Assembly (NCBI GenBank): GCA_963808235.1
Contig: CAWEEQ010000004.1
Coordinates: 2,464,001-2,528,000, forward strand
DNA: 64,000 bases
From: an uncultured delta proteobacterium
Lineage (GTDB): Bacteria > Desulfobacterota > Binatia > Binatales > Binataceae
Direction: 5' to 3'
In this document: in pieces, positions 38,824 through 47,563 of the stretch
Position numbering within the stretch: position 1 is the stretch's first letter
Layout: every line of letters begins with the position of its first letter
Position numbers and translations under genes: made by a program
Notes under the pieces: generated by a model
The model's database searches: none
Told to the model about the DNA's origin: nothing
The model's input: the letters and a program-made list of their open reading frames with translations, nothing else

Positions 38824-40515
38824 ATGGCGAAAGCTGATGGCGGCGAATTAATCGCGCGCGTGATGCGCGAGAACCGCGTTAAATATTGTTTCGCGATCAA
38901 CGGCGGGCATCTGTTTCCCATCCTCGGCCAACTGCGCAACCACGACATCAAGCTCATCCATATGCGCCACGAGCAGGCCACCGCCTACGCCGCCGATGCC
39001 TATGCGCGCAGCTCGGGCGAAGTCGGCGTATGCATGGTGACTGCGGGATGCGGCCTGACCAACGCCGTGACCGGACTATGCGTCGCCGGACTCACCAGCA
39101 GCGCCGTGGTCTGCATCTCCGGACAGCATCCCAACACCGAAGATCATCTCGGCTCCTTCCAGGAGGCCTACGGTTCCGAGGTTGTTGCGAGCTTTTCGAA
39201 ATTCACGAAAAGGGTGACCGATTGGTCCTCGATCCAGTTCGATCTCCGCTCCGCGTTTCGCGAGGCGATTTCGCCGCCGCAGGGCGTCGCGCTGTTCGAG
39301 ATTCCGCAAAACATTCTCTATCACCACGACGAAGACGCTCGTCAGCGCAAGGGCGCGCGCGAATTCACCGTCGACGACGTCCGCTCGGCCGGAGATCCCG
39401 CCAAGATCGATCGGGCGCTCGAAATGCTGGTCGCTGCCGAGCGTCCGCTGATTGCCGGCGGTGACGGACTCTTCTGGTCGCAGGCCGGCGCCGAGCTGCG
39501 CGAATTCGTCGATCTCACCAACATCCCGGTCTACGCACGCCGCGCTGGCCAGGGCGCGGTCTCGGAGGAACATCCGCTCGCGATTCGCGGCGCCTTCAAG
39601 AAGCCCTTCACCGGGGAAGCCGACGTCGTCCTCGCAATCGGCTTCCGGTTCTGGAGCGGCGAGCATTTCGGGCAACCGCCGACCTGGACCGACAAGGCCA
39701 AGTACATCCAGGTCGATCCGACCGCGACGCGAATCGGATGGCAGGTCAACGCCGATCTGCCGATGGTCGGCGATCCGAAAATCGTTCTCCGTCAGATGAT
39801 CACCCGGATCAAGGAACTCAAGCTCGACTTCTCGAAAAACAAAACTTCGCCATGGGTGAAGCAGGTCTGGGAGACGCGCCAGCGCTTCGACAATCAGATC
39901 AAGGAACAGAACGCCAAGGTCGCAAAAAATGCGCCGATTCATCCCGCTCGCCTGTGCGAGGATCTGATCAAAGTGCTCGACAAGAACGCGACCACCATCA
40001 TCGACAGCTTCACTCTCTCCGGATGGATGAGCCGCGCGTTCACCTGCCGCTTCATGGGCCAGGTCGTTGACGCGGGCCCGCTCGCGCCGGTCGGTCATGG
40101 AGTCGGGATGGGCATCGGCGCGCAGCTCGCGCGTCCCGGGCAGCAGGTCGTCGTGATCAGCGGCGACGGCGGCCTCGGAATCGGCGGCTGGGATATGGAA
40201 ACCGCCGCGCGCTACAAGCTGCCCGTGATCACGTTGCTCTGGAACAACAGCTCATGGGGTCCGAATTTCGATCAGATGCCCGGACTCAAGGGCCGCACCG
40301 ATCCATTCAACATGCTGCCCAACATTCGCTACGACAAAATCTTCGCCGAGATGGGATGTCATGGGGAGCACGTCGAGACCGCCGAGCAAATCATTCCAGC
40401 GCTCGAGCGCGCCTTCAAATCCGGCAAGCCCGCGATGATCAACGTGATCGGCGACGTCAGCGTCGGCAACGCCACGCTAGGTGGCAACCTCCTCGGCTCA
40501 ACAGGCTCAAACTAG
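38824..40515 (+). CDS. Thiamine pyrophosphate-binding enzyme (2-hydroxyacyl-CoA lyase/ALS-like)
   Basis: MRHEQATAYAADAYAR; GDG...NN TPP motif. Confidence 0.9.
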   Translation: MAKADGGELIARVMRENRVKYCFAINGGHLFPILGQLRNHDIKLIHMRHEQATAYAADAYARSSGEVGVCMVTAGCGLTNAVTGLCVAGLTSSAVVCISGQHPNTEDHLGSFQEAYGSEVVASFSKFTKRVTDWSSIQFDLRSAFREAISPPQGVALFEIPQNILYHHDEDARQRKGAREFTVDDVRSAGDPAKIDRALEMLVAAERPLIAGGDGLFWSQAGAELREFVDLTNIPVYARRAGQGAVSEEHPLAIRGAFKKPFTGEADVVLAIGFRFWSGEHFGQPPTWTDKAKYIQVDPTATRIGWQVNADLPMVGDPKIVLRQMITRIKELKLDFSKNKTSPWVKQVWETRQRFDNQIKEQNAKVAKNAPIHPARLCEDLIKVLDKNATTIIDSFTLSGWMSRAFTCRFMGQVVDAGPLAPVGHGVGMGIGAQLARPGQQVVVISGDGGLGIGGWDMETAARYKLPVITLLWNNSSWGPNFDQMPGLKGRTDPFNMLPNIRYDKIFAEMGCHGEHVETAEQIIPALERAFKSGKPAMINVIGDVSVGNATLGGNLLGSTGSN

Positions 40516-40551
40516 CAAACTAACGAGGGCATTCAACGAATGAGTAGCGAG

Positions 40552-40586
40552 GCGGGATGCGCACGACGCGCATCCCGCTTTCATTT
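40552..40586 (+). terminator. Rho-independent terminator
   Basis: GCGGGATGCGC-loop-GCGCATCCCGC followed by TTTCATTT. Confidence 0.75.
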
Positions 40587-40596
40587 CACTCTTATA

Positions 40597-40685
40597 TTTG
40601 TGTCATCCCGAGCGAAGCCGAGGGACCCCGGATCTTTCTCGACGCAAAACAGTTCGGCTTCACTTAGGGCACGCGCAGCCGAGGT
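40597..40685. repeat. Repeat family A copy
   Basis: TGTCATCCCGAGCGAAGCCGAGGGACCCCGGATCTTTCTCG... Confidence 0.85.
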
Positions 40686-40700
40686 TTGAATTTGTTCAAT

Positions 40701-40741
40701 TGGTTCCCCTTCCCTCGAGGGAACGGGTTAGGGGTTAGGTT
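40701..40741. repeat. Repeat family C solo copy (DUF559-flanking palindrome)
   Basis: GGTTCCCCTTCCCTCGAGGGAACGGGTTAGGGGTTAGGTT compared with 55185-55228. Confidence 0.85.
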
Positions 40742-41195
40742 GAAAGCGCGAATCGCAACATTGATCGTCTTCACGATCTTTTTCGCCGCGTGTAAGGCCG
40801 CACCCACCTGCCCGCCCGGAACAAAGCCGATGGGCGAGCCGCCGCCCAATGGCTCTGAGACCTGGTGCGCGAAGACCGTCGATGGCAATGAAGTCAAGGA
40901 AGGACCATTCGTACTCTATCGCGACGATGGCTCCAAGATGGTCCAGGGCGAATATCACGACGGCAAACAAAGCGGCGAATGGACGCTGTGGTACGACAAC
41001 GGACAGAAGCAGTCGATCGATCACTACAAAGACGGCATCCAGGACGGCGAGCATATCGGCTGGTACACCAACGGCAAAATCGCGGCGACGGGAATCTACA
41101 AGGCCGGCAAGCGTCAGGGCGTGTGGAAGCGATGGGATCCCAACGGCTTCAGGAACTGGGAGGAAACCTACAAGGACGACAAGAAGATCTCGTGA
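40740..41195 (+). CDS. MORN-variant repeat (YwqK-like) lipoprotein
   Basis: Lipobox FAAC; repeated G.Y..GK..G.W..WY.NG. Confidence 0.82.
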   Translation: MKARIATLIVFTIFFAACKAAPTCPPGTKPMGEPPPNGSETWCAKTVDGNEVKEGPFVLYRDDGSKMVQGEYHDGKQSGEWTLWYDNGQKQSIDHYKDGIQDGEHIGWYTNGKIAATGIYKAGKRQGVWKRWDPNGFRNWEETYKDDKKIS

Positions 41196-41683
41196 TGCCT
41201 GACGCCATACGAATCATCGATGCGGACCTGTCGCGCGTCGATCATCAACAGGCGATAGTCGCGATGCTCGACGCGTACATGCGCGATCCGATGGAAGGCG
41301 GCGTCCCGATGCCCGAGTCTGCCAAGCGCGAACTGATCCCCGGCCTCCGCGCGCATCCCGCATGCTACGTCTTTGTCGCTTATAGCGGCGATGCGCCCGT
41401 AGGCTTCTCGATCTGCTTCCTCGGCTTCTCGACCTTCAACGCGCGCCCGCTCATCAACATCCACGACATCTTCGTGGACGCGTCCGTGCGCGGAAAAGGA
41501 ATCGGCCGGATGCTCCTGGATCGAATCGAAGCCAAAGCCCGCGAGCTCGATTGCTGCCGCCTCACCCTCGAAGTCCGCGAGGACAACATCGTCGCCCGCG
41601 GCCTCTACCGCAAAGTCGGCTTCGACCTGGTCAAGGTAGGCCCGAAAAACATCCCAATGGAATTCTGGCGCAAACCCCTCTAA
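41195..41683 (+). CDS. GNAT family N-acetyltransferase
   Basis: INIHDIFV...RGKGIG, LTLEVREDN..A..LY.K.GF; TGATG coupling to the upstream gene. Confidence 0.9.
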   Translation: MPDAIRIIDADLSRVDHQQAIVAMLDAYMRDPMEGGVPMPESAKRELIPGLRAHPACYVFVAYSGDAPVGFSICFLGFSTFNARPLINIHDIFVDASVRGKGIGRMLLDRIEAKARELDCCRLTLEVREDNIVARGLYRKVGFDLVKVGPKNIPMEFWRKPL

Positions 41684-41698
41684 GCAGGCGCGTTTGCG

Positions 41699-41837
41699 GA
41701 ACGAAAGTCTTCGGAGCGCACTTTTCTTTCAGCCGGCCGAGAGCAAAATGGCCTTCGCGCTCTGTGGGCTGCTTGCGATTGAATGGACACTGGGTGCAGG
41801 GGTCACCCCTGCCGCCCCGCGCGCAGCGGTCCGAATC
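41699..41837. repeat. Repeat family B copy 1
   Basis: GCCGAGAGCAAAA...TTGCGATTGAATGGACACTGGGTGCAGGGGTCACCCCTGCCGCCCCGCGCGCAGCGGTCCGAAT. Confidence 0.9.
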
Positions 41838-41847
41838 CGATCTCCTG

Positions 41848-42777
41848 CTAATCCGCAAGCCCGTTCTCGCGGATTTGATCGAGTTCCTTCTCATCCAGGC
41901 ATCCGGCTTTGTACAAGTTGAGGAACTCGTGCGAGACGCTCTGACCGAACATCGCCATGTCATCGGTGTTGACGGTCACTCGCACTCCCGCATCAAAGAG
42001 CTTTCGAATTGGATGTGAGGCAAGCGTCTCGACTCTGCCGAGCATAAGGTTGGACGTCGGACAGATGTTGAGCCGGATCCGATTCTCGGCGAGAAAGCGC
42101 ATCACCGCCGGCGACTCCGAGGCCGCAATACCATGCTGCACCTCGTCGAGCTCGAGTTCCTCCACCGCGCGCCATACCGAATCCGCGTCACCCCACTCTC
42201 CCACGTGCGCCTTGAGGCGGAGCCCATATGACTTCGCAAGCTGATAGAGCGGCTTGAAGTTCTCGATCGGCTGCGCGAATTCATCGCCAGAGAGATCCAC
42301 AGTCCGGTAGAAGCGAAGCTCGAGGAACGGCTCCATCCAGCGGCGAATATCCTCGATACGGCAATGACGCGACATCCCGAGTTGCGGAATCCATTCGACG
42401 TCGGGAGCGCCACGTTCGCGTGCCCGCTTGTGGATGTTGGTGACATTCTCCGCGGAACCATCAAGCGTAATCGCCCATACGTCGTCGCCGATTTCGTAAC
42501 GCACCAGCCCGTCTCGAACCGCGCGAACAAACGCCGCCTCGAACAACTGAGGTCTGAGCTTCGGATCGACATTTCCGACATTCTCGCTAGCCCATTCGTG
42601 CATCTCGGCCATCGAGGTAAGCTTGTGCTCCAACGGGGTAATCCTCCTACCGAGGATCGCCGCGACCGAAGCGGGATCGGCGCCGGCCCAGCCATGATTG
42701 TGCAGATCAGCCTTCGGACACTTGCGGATCGCCTCCAGATCTTCGGCTCTCAGAGCCAGCTGAAACGCTTCGCTCAT
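41848..42777 (-). CDS. Adenosine deaminase family metallohydrolase
   Basis: KADLHNH, KAHVGE, QHG, ICPTSN, NTDD. Confidence 0.88.
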   Translation of the reverse strand: MSEAFQLALRAEDLEAIRKCPKADLHNHGWAGADPASVAAILGRRITPLEHKLTSMAEMHEWASENVGNVDPKLRPQLFEAAFVRAVRDGLVRYEIGDDVWAITLDGSAENVTNIHKRARERGAPDVEWIPQLGMSRHCRIEDIRRWMEPFLELRFYRTVDLSGDEFAQPIENFKPLYQLAKSYGLRLKAHVGEWGDADSVWRAVEELELDEVQHGIAASESPAVMRFLAENRIRLNICPTSNLMLGRVETLASHPIRKLFDAGVRVTVNTDDMAMFGQSVSHEFLNLYKAGCLDEKELDQIRENGLAD

Positions 42778-43117
42778 GACACTACCTCGGCTCCCGCTTC
42801 CTTTCCCAACTCTATCGGCGCATGACTATGCCACATTTTGCCTTTCGTCGCGCTACCGAATCACGACGCCAGGCGGCCTGTACGCTCACTTGAAAACACG
42901 TTCACTTAAAGAGGTTCCCATGATAACCACTATTCACTTTCAGTTGTGTCACTATAACTGTTCGTCGTCACCTCACTGATAGAGTTTTCCGATGGCATCT
43001 AAGAGTGACGTCGCTAGACAACCGGTTACGCGCTCTCTATCCGAAATGGGGCGCCTCGAATCAGTGCCGCGCGTCGAGTCCGTCGCGAGCGATGTCTTCC
43101 GCGCCGCCGAACGCTCG

Positions 43118-43927
43118 ATGCGCCGGCTGGTTCAAGCTGCGTCTATCATTGCGGCCCTACAACTATTCACCTCGATACCGGCCTTCGGATTCCCTTTCGA
43201 TCCCTCTCTCGATCCCGATCCCCCATTCGTGATCTGCCACAACCAGCCGTACGCGCTATGCGCCGAGGCTAGCTGCTTCGTCTATAACGGTGTGGCCTAT
43301 TGCAAATGTAATAGCTTGAAAGATGACAGCATCAGCCTGCAACTCAGCTACTCGACGCTGGCCGGCGAGCGAAATGTCTGTGATGTGATCCGGCAGGGCA
43401 TTCCCAATGGCTACAAGGTAAGCACCTTCAGCTTTCCTAACGATGTAAGAAAAGGCGGCCCAGCGGCTGTCTATACCTGCCCCGGATCGGGCGACGCAGG
43501 AAATGGGGTCAGCGCGCCGGTTGCCTATGGACAATGCGACGGTGGCATTTGCTTCAAGAGCACTAAGGGCCAGACGTTCCCGGGTTTCGGCCAGCTCAAC
43601 GCCGATGAAATAATTTGCTCATGCCCCATCTCGACTGACGCGACTCCGGGCAGTTCGGACAGCCTCGGCTATCAGATTTTTGGCCCCTACCATCCGAACG
43701 CAACCATAGGTAGCCGATGCGACGCGAGCGCGTGCTCCGCATGTAGCGTCCCCAACCCCACCGCCAACGGAACTATCCTCGTCGTCGGCGCTCCAACCGG
43801 GAGCCCAAGCTTTCTTACCCTGAGACTTGACGGACCCCCAGTCCCGGACATGAACCAGTGTCTATGCACCTGCACCGAGGCGAACAGCAGCACCACCTGC
43901 ACAGTTGGATCAGACACAACCCCTTAG
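43118..43927 (+). CDS. Secreted cysteine-rich hypothetical protein
   Basis: Signal peptide followed by many Cys (YALCAEASC, YCKC, CDGGIC, CSC, CLCTC). Confidence 0.72.
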   Translation: MRRLVQAASIIAALQLFTSIPAFGFPFDPSLDPDPPFVICHNQPYALCAEASCFVYNGVAYCKCNSLKDDSISLQLSYSTLAGERNVCDVIRQGIPNGYKVSTFSFPNDVRKGGPAAVYTCPGSGDAGNGVSAPVAYGQCDGGICFKSTKGQTFPGFGQLNADEIICSCPISTDATPGSSDSLGYQIFGPYHPNATIGSRCDASACSACSVPNPTANGTILVVGAPTGSPSFLTLRLDGPPVPDMNQCLCTCTEANSSTTCTVGSDTTP

Positions 43928-44010
43928 CAAATCCTTTGAATTAGTTCCTCACGCGCCGGGAGCGATTCCCTCAAGAAGGATTAGAGGTTAGGTTCCCTCT
44001 CCTTGTCCAA

Positions 44011-44373
44011 TAAATCTTTGCAAAACTGGCCGCAGCTTCTTCCCCTCTCCCTGACAGGAGACCTTTGCATAACCGGTCGTAGTCGCCGCGTCCAATTTTG
44101 TCATTCTGAGCGCAACGAAGAATCCCGGATCTTTCTCGGCGTGAAACTCCTCGACTTCGCTTGGGGCGCGCGTAGCCGAGCTGCTCCGAATCCAATCTGC
44201 AGTTACGCAAAGCTCTCCCGACAGGAGACCTTTGCACGACTAGACCACGCTCCATCCCCTCTCCCGATGGGAGAGGATTGAAGGTGAGGGACCTTATTCA
44301 GCGCGCGTTTTTTGAGCGCGATTCAAAGATTCTGCTCTGCTCCGAAGCCTCGCTGAGGCTATGCAAAGCTCTC
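44011..44373. mobile_element. Nested non-autonomous MITEs with IS5/IS1106-like terminal inverted repeats
   Basis: GAGACCTTTGCA starts at 44058 and 44225; GCAAAGCTCTC ends at 44217 and 44373; TTGTCCAA duplicated at 44003-44010 and 44374-44381. Confidence 0.72.
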
Positions 44374-44524
44374 TTGTCCAAGGAGAGAGTTAGGGAGAGG
44401 TCTCACGCTCAAACAAGCAGGCCGCTGACAGACTTTCAACCATACGCTCTGTGTAATCGACAGAACTTGATAGCCTTACACCAGCACTTTAGAATCCGCG
44501 CTGCTGGAAGTCTCAAGCTAGTCG

Positions 44525-45199
44525 ATGACCGAACGATCGCCTTCCGCATCCGCGCGCGCTCACGCCTTCGACCGGGTGGGAGCACTCAAATCGCTCGGGC
44601 TCAGCCTGACGATCAACGCGCTCTGCCCCTTTCTGCTCTATCGCGTTTTGGAGTCGCATTTCCCGGCAAACAGCGTGATGCCGCTGCTTTATGCGACCAT
44701 CTTTCCGGTCGTGGGACTGATCCTCAGTCTGATTCGCAAGCGCACGGTAGACGCAATCGCGATCATTGTGATGCTGGGGCTCGCAATCCACATCGTCGTC
44801 ACCCTGCTTGCGCCCACCGTCCGCATCGCGCTCGTTGTCCGCTCGCTCGACGGGGCGCTCATCGGGCTCGCGCTCTGCATCTCCGCGATGATTGGCCGAC
44901 CGATCATTCTCTACGTCGCGAAGCAGATCGTGGCCGGCGGCAGTTCTGAACAGGCGGCGTCACTCAATAGGGTGATAGAGAACGACGGGGCGCGTGCGTT
45001 CTTCACGATCACGATGGTATGGGGCATCTGCCTGATCGCTATGAGCGGATTGCACGTCGTGCTGGCTCTCAAACTGCCGCCCGCGGAGTTCTTGCTCGCT
45101 TCGCCGGTCGTTGGCGTCGTGACCATAGTGGCGCTTCTTGCCTGGACCGGGCGGTACCTGGCGGCGCGCATGCGCACACTGTTGGCGCGCAGCCGATAG
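44525..45199 (+). CDS. VC0807-family membrane protein
   Basis: INALCPFLLY, RTVDAIA, SAMIGRP, ITMVWG; about six TM helices. Confidence 0.75.
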   Translation: MTERSPSASARAHAFDRVGALKSLGLSLTINALCPFLLYRVLESHFPANSVMPLLYATIFPVVGLILSLIRKRTVDAIAIIVMLGLAIHIVVTLLAPTVRIALVVRSLDGALIGLALCISAMIGRPIILYVAKQIVAGGSSEQAASLNRVIENDGARAFFTITMVWGICLIAMSGLHVVLALKLPPAEFLLASPVVGVVTIVALLAWTGRYLAARMRTLLARSR

Positions 45200-45299
45200 T
45201 GGACACGGCAACATTAGTCACACGAGCCTTCTCGTACACGAGCTTGGCGCCTCGACGCACAGCTAGCCCGGCGATACAGTTGGGCCACGATCCAGCTTG

Positions 45300-45331
45300 A
45301 CCAGTTAACGAGTTAACCAGTTAACCAGTTA
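45300..45331. repeat. 8-bp tandem repeat (ACCAGTTA)x4
   Basis: ACCAGTTA ACGAGTTA ACCAGTTA ACCAGTTA. Confidence 0.85.
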
Positions 45332-45387
45332 AAAGAAGTTTCGACGGCTCCTTCCAGAGGCCAAGGAGCCACTCAAGGAGACTACCT

Positions 45388-45789
45388 ATGATCGTGCGCC
45401 GTGCAGAATGCTCATGCGGCCAGCTCTCGGCGGTATGCACGGGCGAGCCGGTGATGGTCTCGGTATGCCATTGCCTGGCCTGCAAACGCAGCACCGGCAG
45501 CGCCTTTGGCTACGGCGCCCATTTCCTGGACGCGCAGGTCAGTGTCGCCGGCCGCGCCACCGAATTCGTCCGCATCGGCGACGACGGCGGCCGCATCACG
45601 CGCAGCTTTTGCCCGAACTGCGGAACGACCGTCTTTAGTCGCAACAGCGGCATCTCCGGCATAGTCTCGGTCGCGGTCGGCAGCTTTGCGGACCCGGCGT
45701 TCCCGTCACCGACTGTGTCGGTCTATCACGAGAGCCGCGGATGCCGATGGCTCGAAATCCGCACCGACCCACTCCAAAAACGCGGCTAA
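45388..45789 (+). CDS. GFA/CENP-V family Zn-binding protein
   Basis: CSCG, CHCLAC, FCPNCG. Confidence 0.9.
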   Translation: MIVRRAECSCGQLSAVCTGEPVMVSVCHCLACKRSTGSAFGYGAHFLDAQVSVAGRATEFVRIGDDGGRITRSFCPNCGTTVFSRNSGISGIVSVAVGSFADPAFPSPTVSVYHESRGCRWLEIRTDPLQKRG

Positions 45790-45839
45790 GGCAAAGCGCA
45801 AATGCGCCCACGTCTTTGTGTCGCGCAATCAAATCACCT

Positions 45840-45876
45840 GCGCGGTGGGCGGCAGGGGTGACCCCTGCACCCAGTG
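45840..45876. repeat. Repeat family B core, inverted
   Basis: GGCGGCAGGGGTGACCCCTGCACCCAGTG, reverse complement of the core. Confidence 0.85.
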
Positions 45877-45881
45877 AAGCT

Positions 45882-46025
45882 GAACGAAAATCTGCGCAGC
45901 GCATATTTTCGAAGGGTTAATCTTTCATGCGGCCGAGAGCAAAAGACCGTCCTCGGGATTTTGCGATTGAGTGGACACTGGGTGCAGGGGTCACCCCTGC
46001 CGCCCCGCGCGCAGCGGTCCGAATC
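45882..46025. repeat. Repeat family B copy 2
   Basis: Near-identical to 41699-41837; supplies the stop codon of the hydrolase gene. Confidence 0.9.
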
Positions 46026-47082
46026 TTGATCGGGGTGATCCTGGTGGCACCGGCGTCACTGCGCCTGATTGATCCCGTACCTCGCCCACTGCCTCACGAA
46101 GCGCCCGGATATAGTCGGCCGTCGCGCGCCGGCTGATACTCGCGTACGGAACCATATTGTCGAAACCGTGAAACGCGCCGGCATAGACGTGCAGCTCGGT
46201 GCGGACCCGCGAATGCATCAGCCGCGTCGCATAGGTGATGCCGTCGTCGCGCAGCAGATCGAGCCCGCCCACCATCAGGTACGACGGCGGCAAACCCGCC
46301 AGATCCTCGGCCAGGATCGGCGCCGCGTATGGTGACGTGTTCGCCTCCGCATCGGGGCCCAGGTAATCGCTTCGATAGAACAGCGCCATGGCGCGATCGA
46401 GCACCATGCCTCCGGCCGCGATCACATGGCTCGACGGTGACTGCATTCGACTGTCGAGACCGGGATAGATAAGTAGCTGCAACGCGAGTGCCGGCCCTTG
46501 GCGGTCTCGCGCCATCAGCGCAACCGCCGCGCCAAGATTGCCGCCGGCGCTGGCGCCCGCGACCGCAATCCGCGCCGGATCGACCTGCCATGCCGGCGCG
46601 TTCGCGGCCGTCCATTCCAACGCCCGGTAGCAATCGTTCACGCCCGCGGGAAAGGGATTCTCCGGCGCCAGCCGGTAGCCAACTGAAACCACCGCGACCC
46701 CCGCCTCATCCGCGATCCGATCGCATCGGCGATCATCCTCGTCGATACTGCCGCCCGACCATCCGCCGCCATGAATCCACAGCACGCAGCCGCGCGATTT
46801 GCCGCCGCGCGCACCGCGGTAAAGACGTACCGGAATCTCTCCCGAGGCGTCGCCGTTTGGAATCATGAAATCCTCGCGGGCTATCCCATCGCGCGGCGGC
46901 ACCTTCGTCATCAACGCAGCCTGGAGTTTCCGCGCCTCGCGAGCATCATGCGGCCATTCCTGGAACATCTTGATAAACGCCGGGTAGACCGCGCGAAGTT
47001 CAGGATCCATCTCCGCCAAATACTCGTCGAGCGTCATAGGCTCGACGGTCGATTCAGCCGGCGGCAAATCGCGGTCCGTCAT
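45991..47082 (-). CDS. Alpha/beta hydrolase, hormone-sensitive lipase family esterase
   Basis: HGGG, YRLAPE, GASAG, DLLRD, HGF. Confidence 0.92.
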   Translation of the reverse strand: MTDRDLPPAESTVEPMTLDEYLAEMDPELRAVYPAFIKMFQEWPHDAREARKLQAALMTKVPPRDGIAREDFMIPNGDASGEIPVRLYRGARGGKSRGCVLWIHGGGWSGGSIDEDDRRCDRIADEAGVAVVSVGYRLAPENPFPAGVNDCYRALEWTAANAPAWQVDPARIAVAGASAGGNLGAAVALMARDRQGPALALQLLIYPGLDSRMQSPSSHVIAAGGMVLDRAMALFYRSDYLGPDAEANTSPYAAPILAEDLAGLPPSYLMVGGLDLLRDDGITYATRLMHSRVRTELHVYAGAFHGFDNMVPYASISRRATADYIRALREAVGEVRDQSGAVTPVPPGSPRSRFGPLRAGRQG

Positions 47083-47176
47083 AGTCTGGTGTCCTTGTCC
47101 TTTCCGACCTTTGCAGAGGTTCGCGTGAAAAGTGAAATTCTCCGTCGTCCCAAGCGAAGCCGAGTTGGCGAATCTA

Positions 47177-47300
47177 GAAGGATTAATCTTTCCGGCGACC
47201 GAGAGCAAAATGGCGTTCGCGCTCTGTGGGCTGCTTTGCGATTGAATGGACGCTGGGTGCAGGGGTTACCCCTGCCGCCCCGCGCGCAGCGGTCCGAATT
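47177..47300. repeat. Repeat family B copy 3
   Basis: Near-identical to copies 1 and 2. Confidence 0.9.
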
Positions 47301-47563
47301 CCCATTAGCCGGCCTACTTCGCAGGATCGCCACGACAGTTCAGGGCTGAACTGTTCAGCCTTACGCGATTCGTACGCGCAGGCTCATAATGACGCGGAAA
47401 CGAGGCCTTCGCGCCTCCAGAGATGAATCGACAGATGTTTTCCAGAATCCTTTCCGAAATTCCGCGCTTTGCCGCACGCCGCGTCGATGCGGTCTTCAGC
47501 GCCGCGCTCGCACTCTGGATTTTCCTGGCAAGCAACGGCAAGGCGCAGAATTCGACCAAAAAT

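Noticed and set aside
44278-44949. 223-aa ORF and neighbouring short ORFs at 43971-44281
   Set aside because: They run through MITE/REP DNA, and the 223-aa ORF overlaps the VC0807-like gene out of frame
41699-47300. Repeat family B as a CRISPR or integron attC array
   Set aside because: Spacing is kb-scale and irregular, there are no GTTRRRY/RYYYAAC ends, and no cas or intI gene
47314-47559. 81-aa ORF downstream of aroF
   Set aside because: No motif, weak start and atypical composition; cannot be supported
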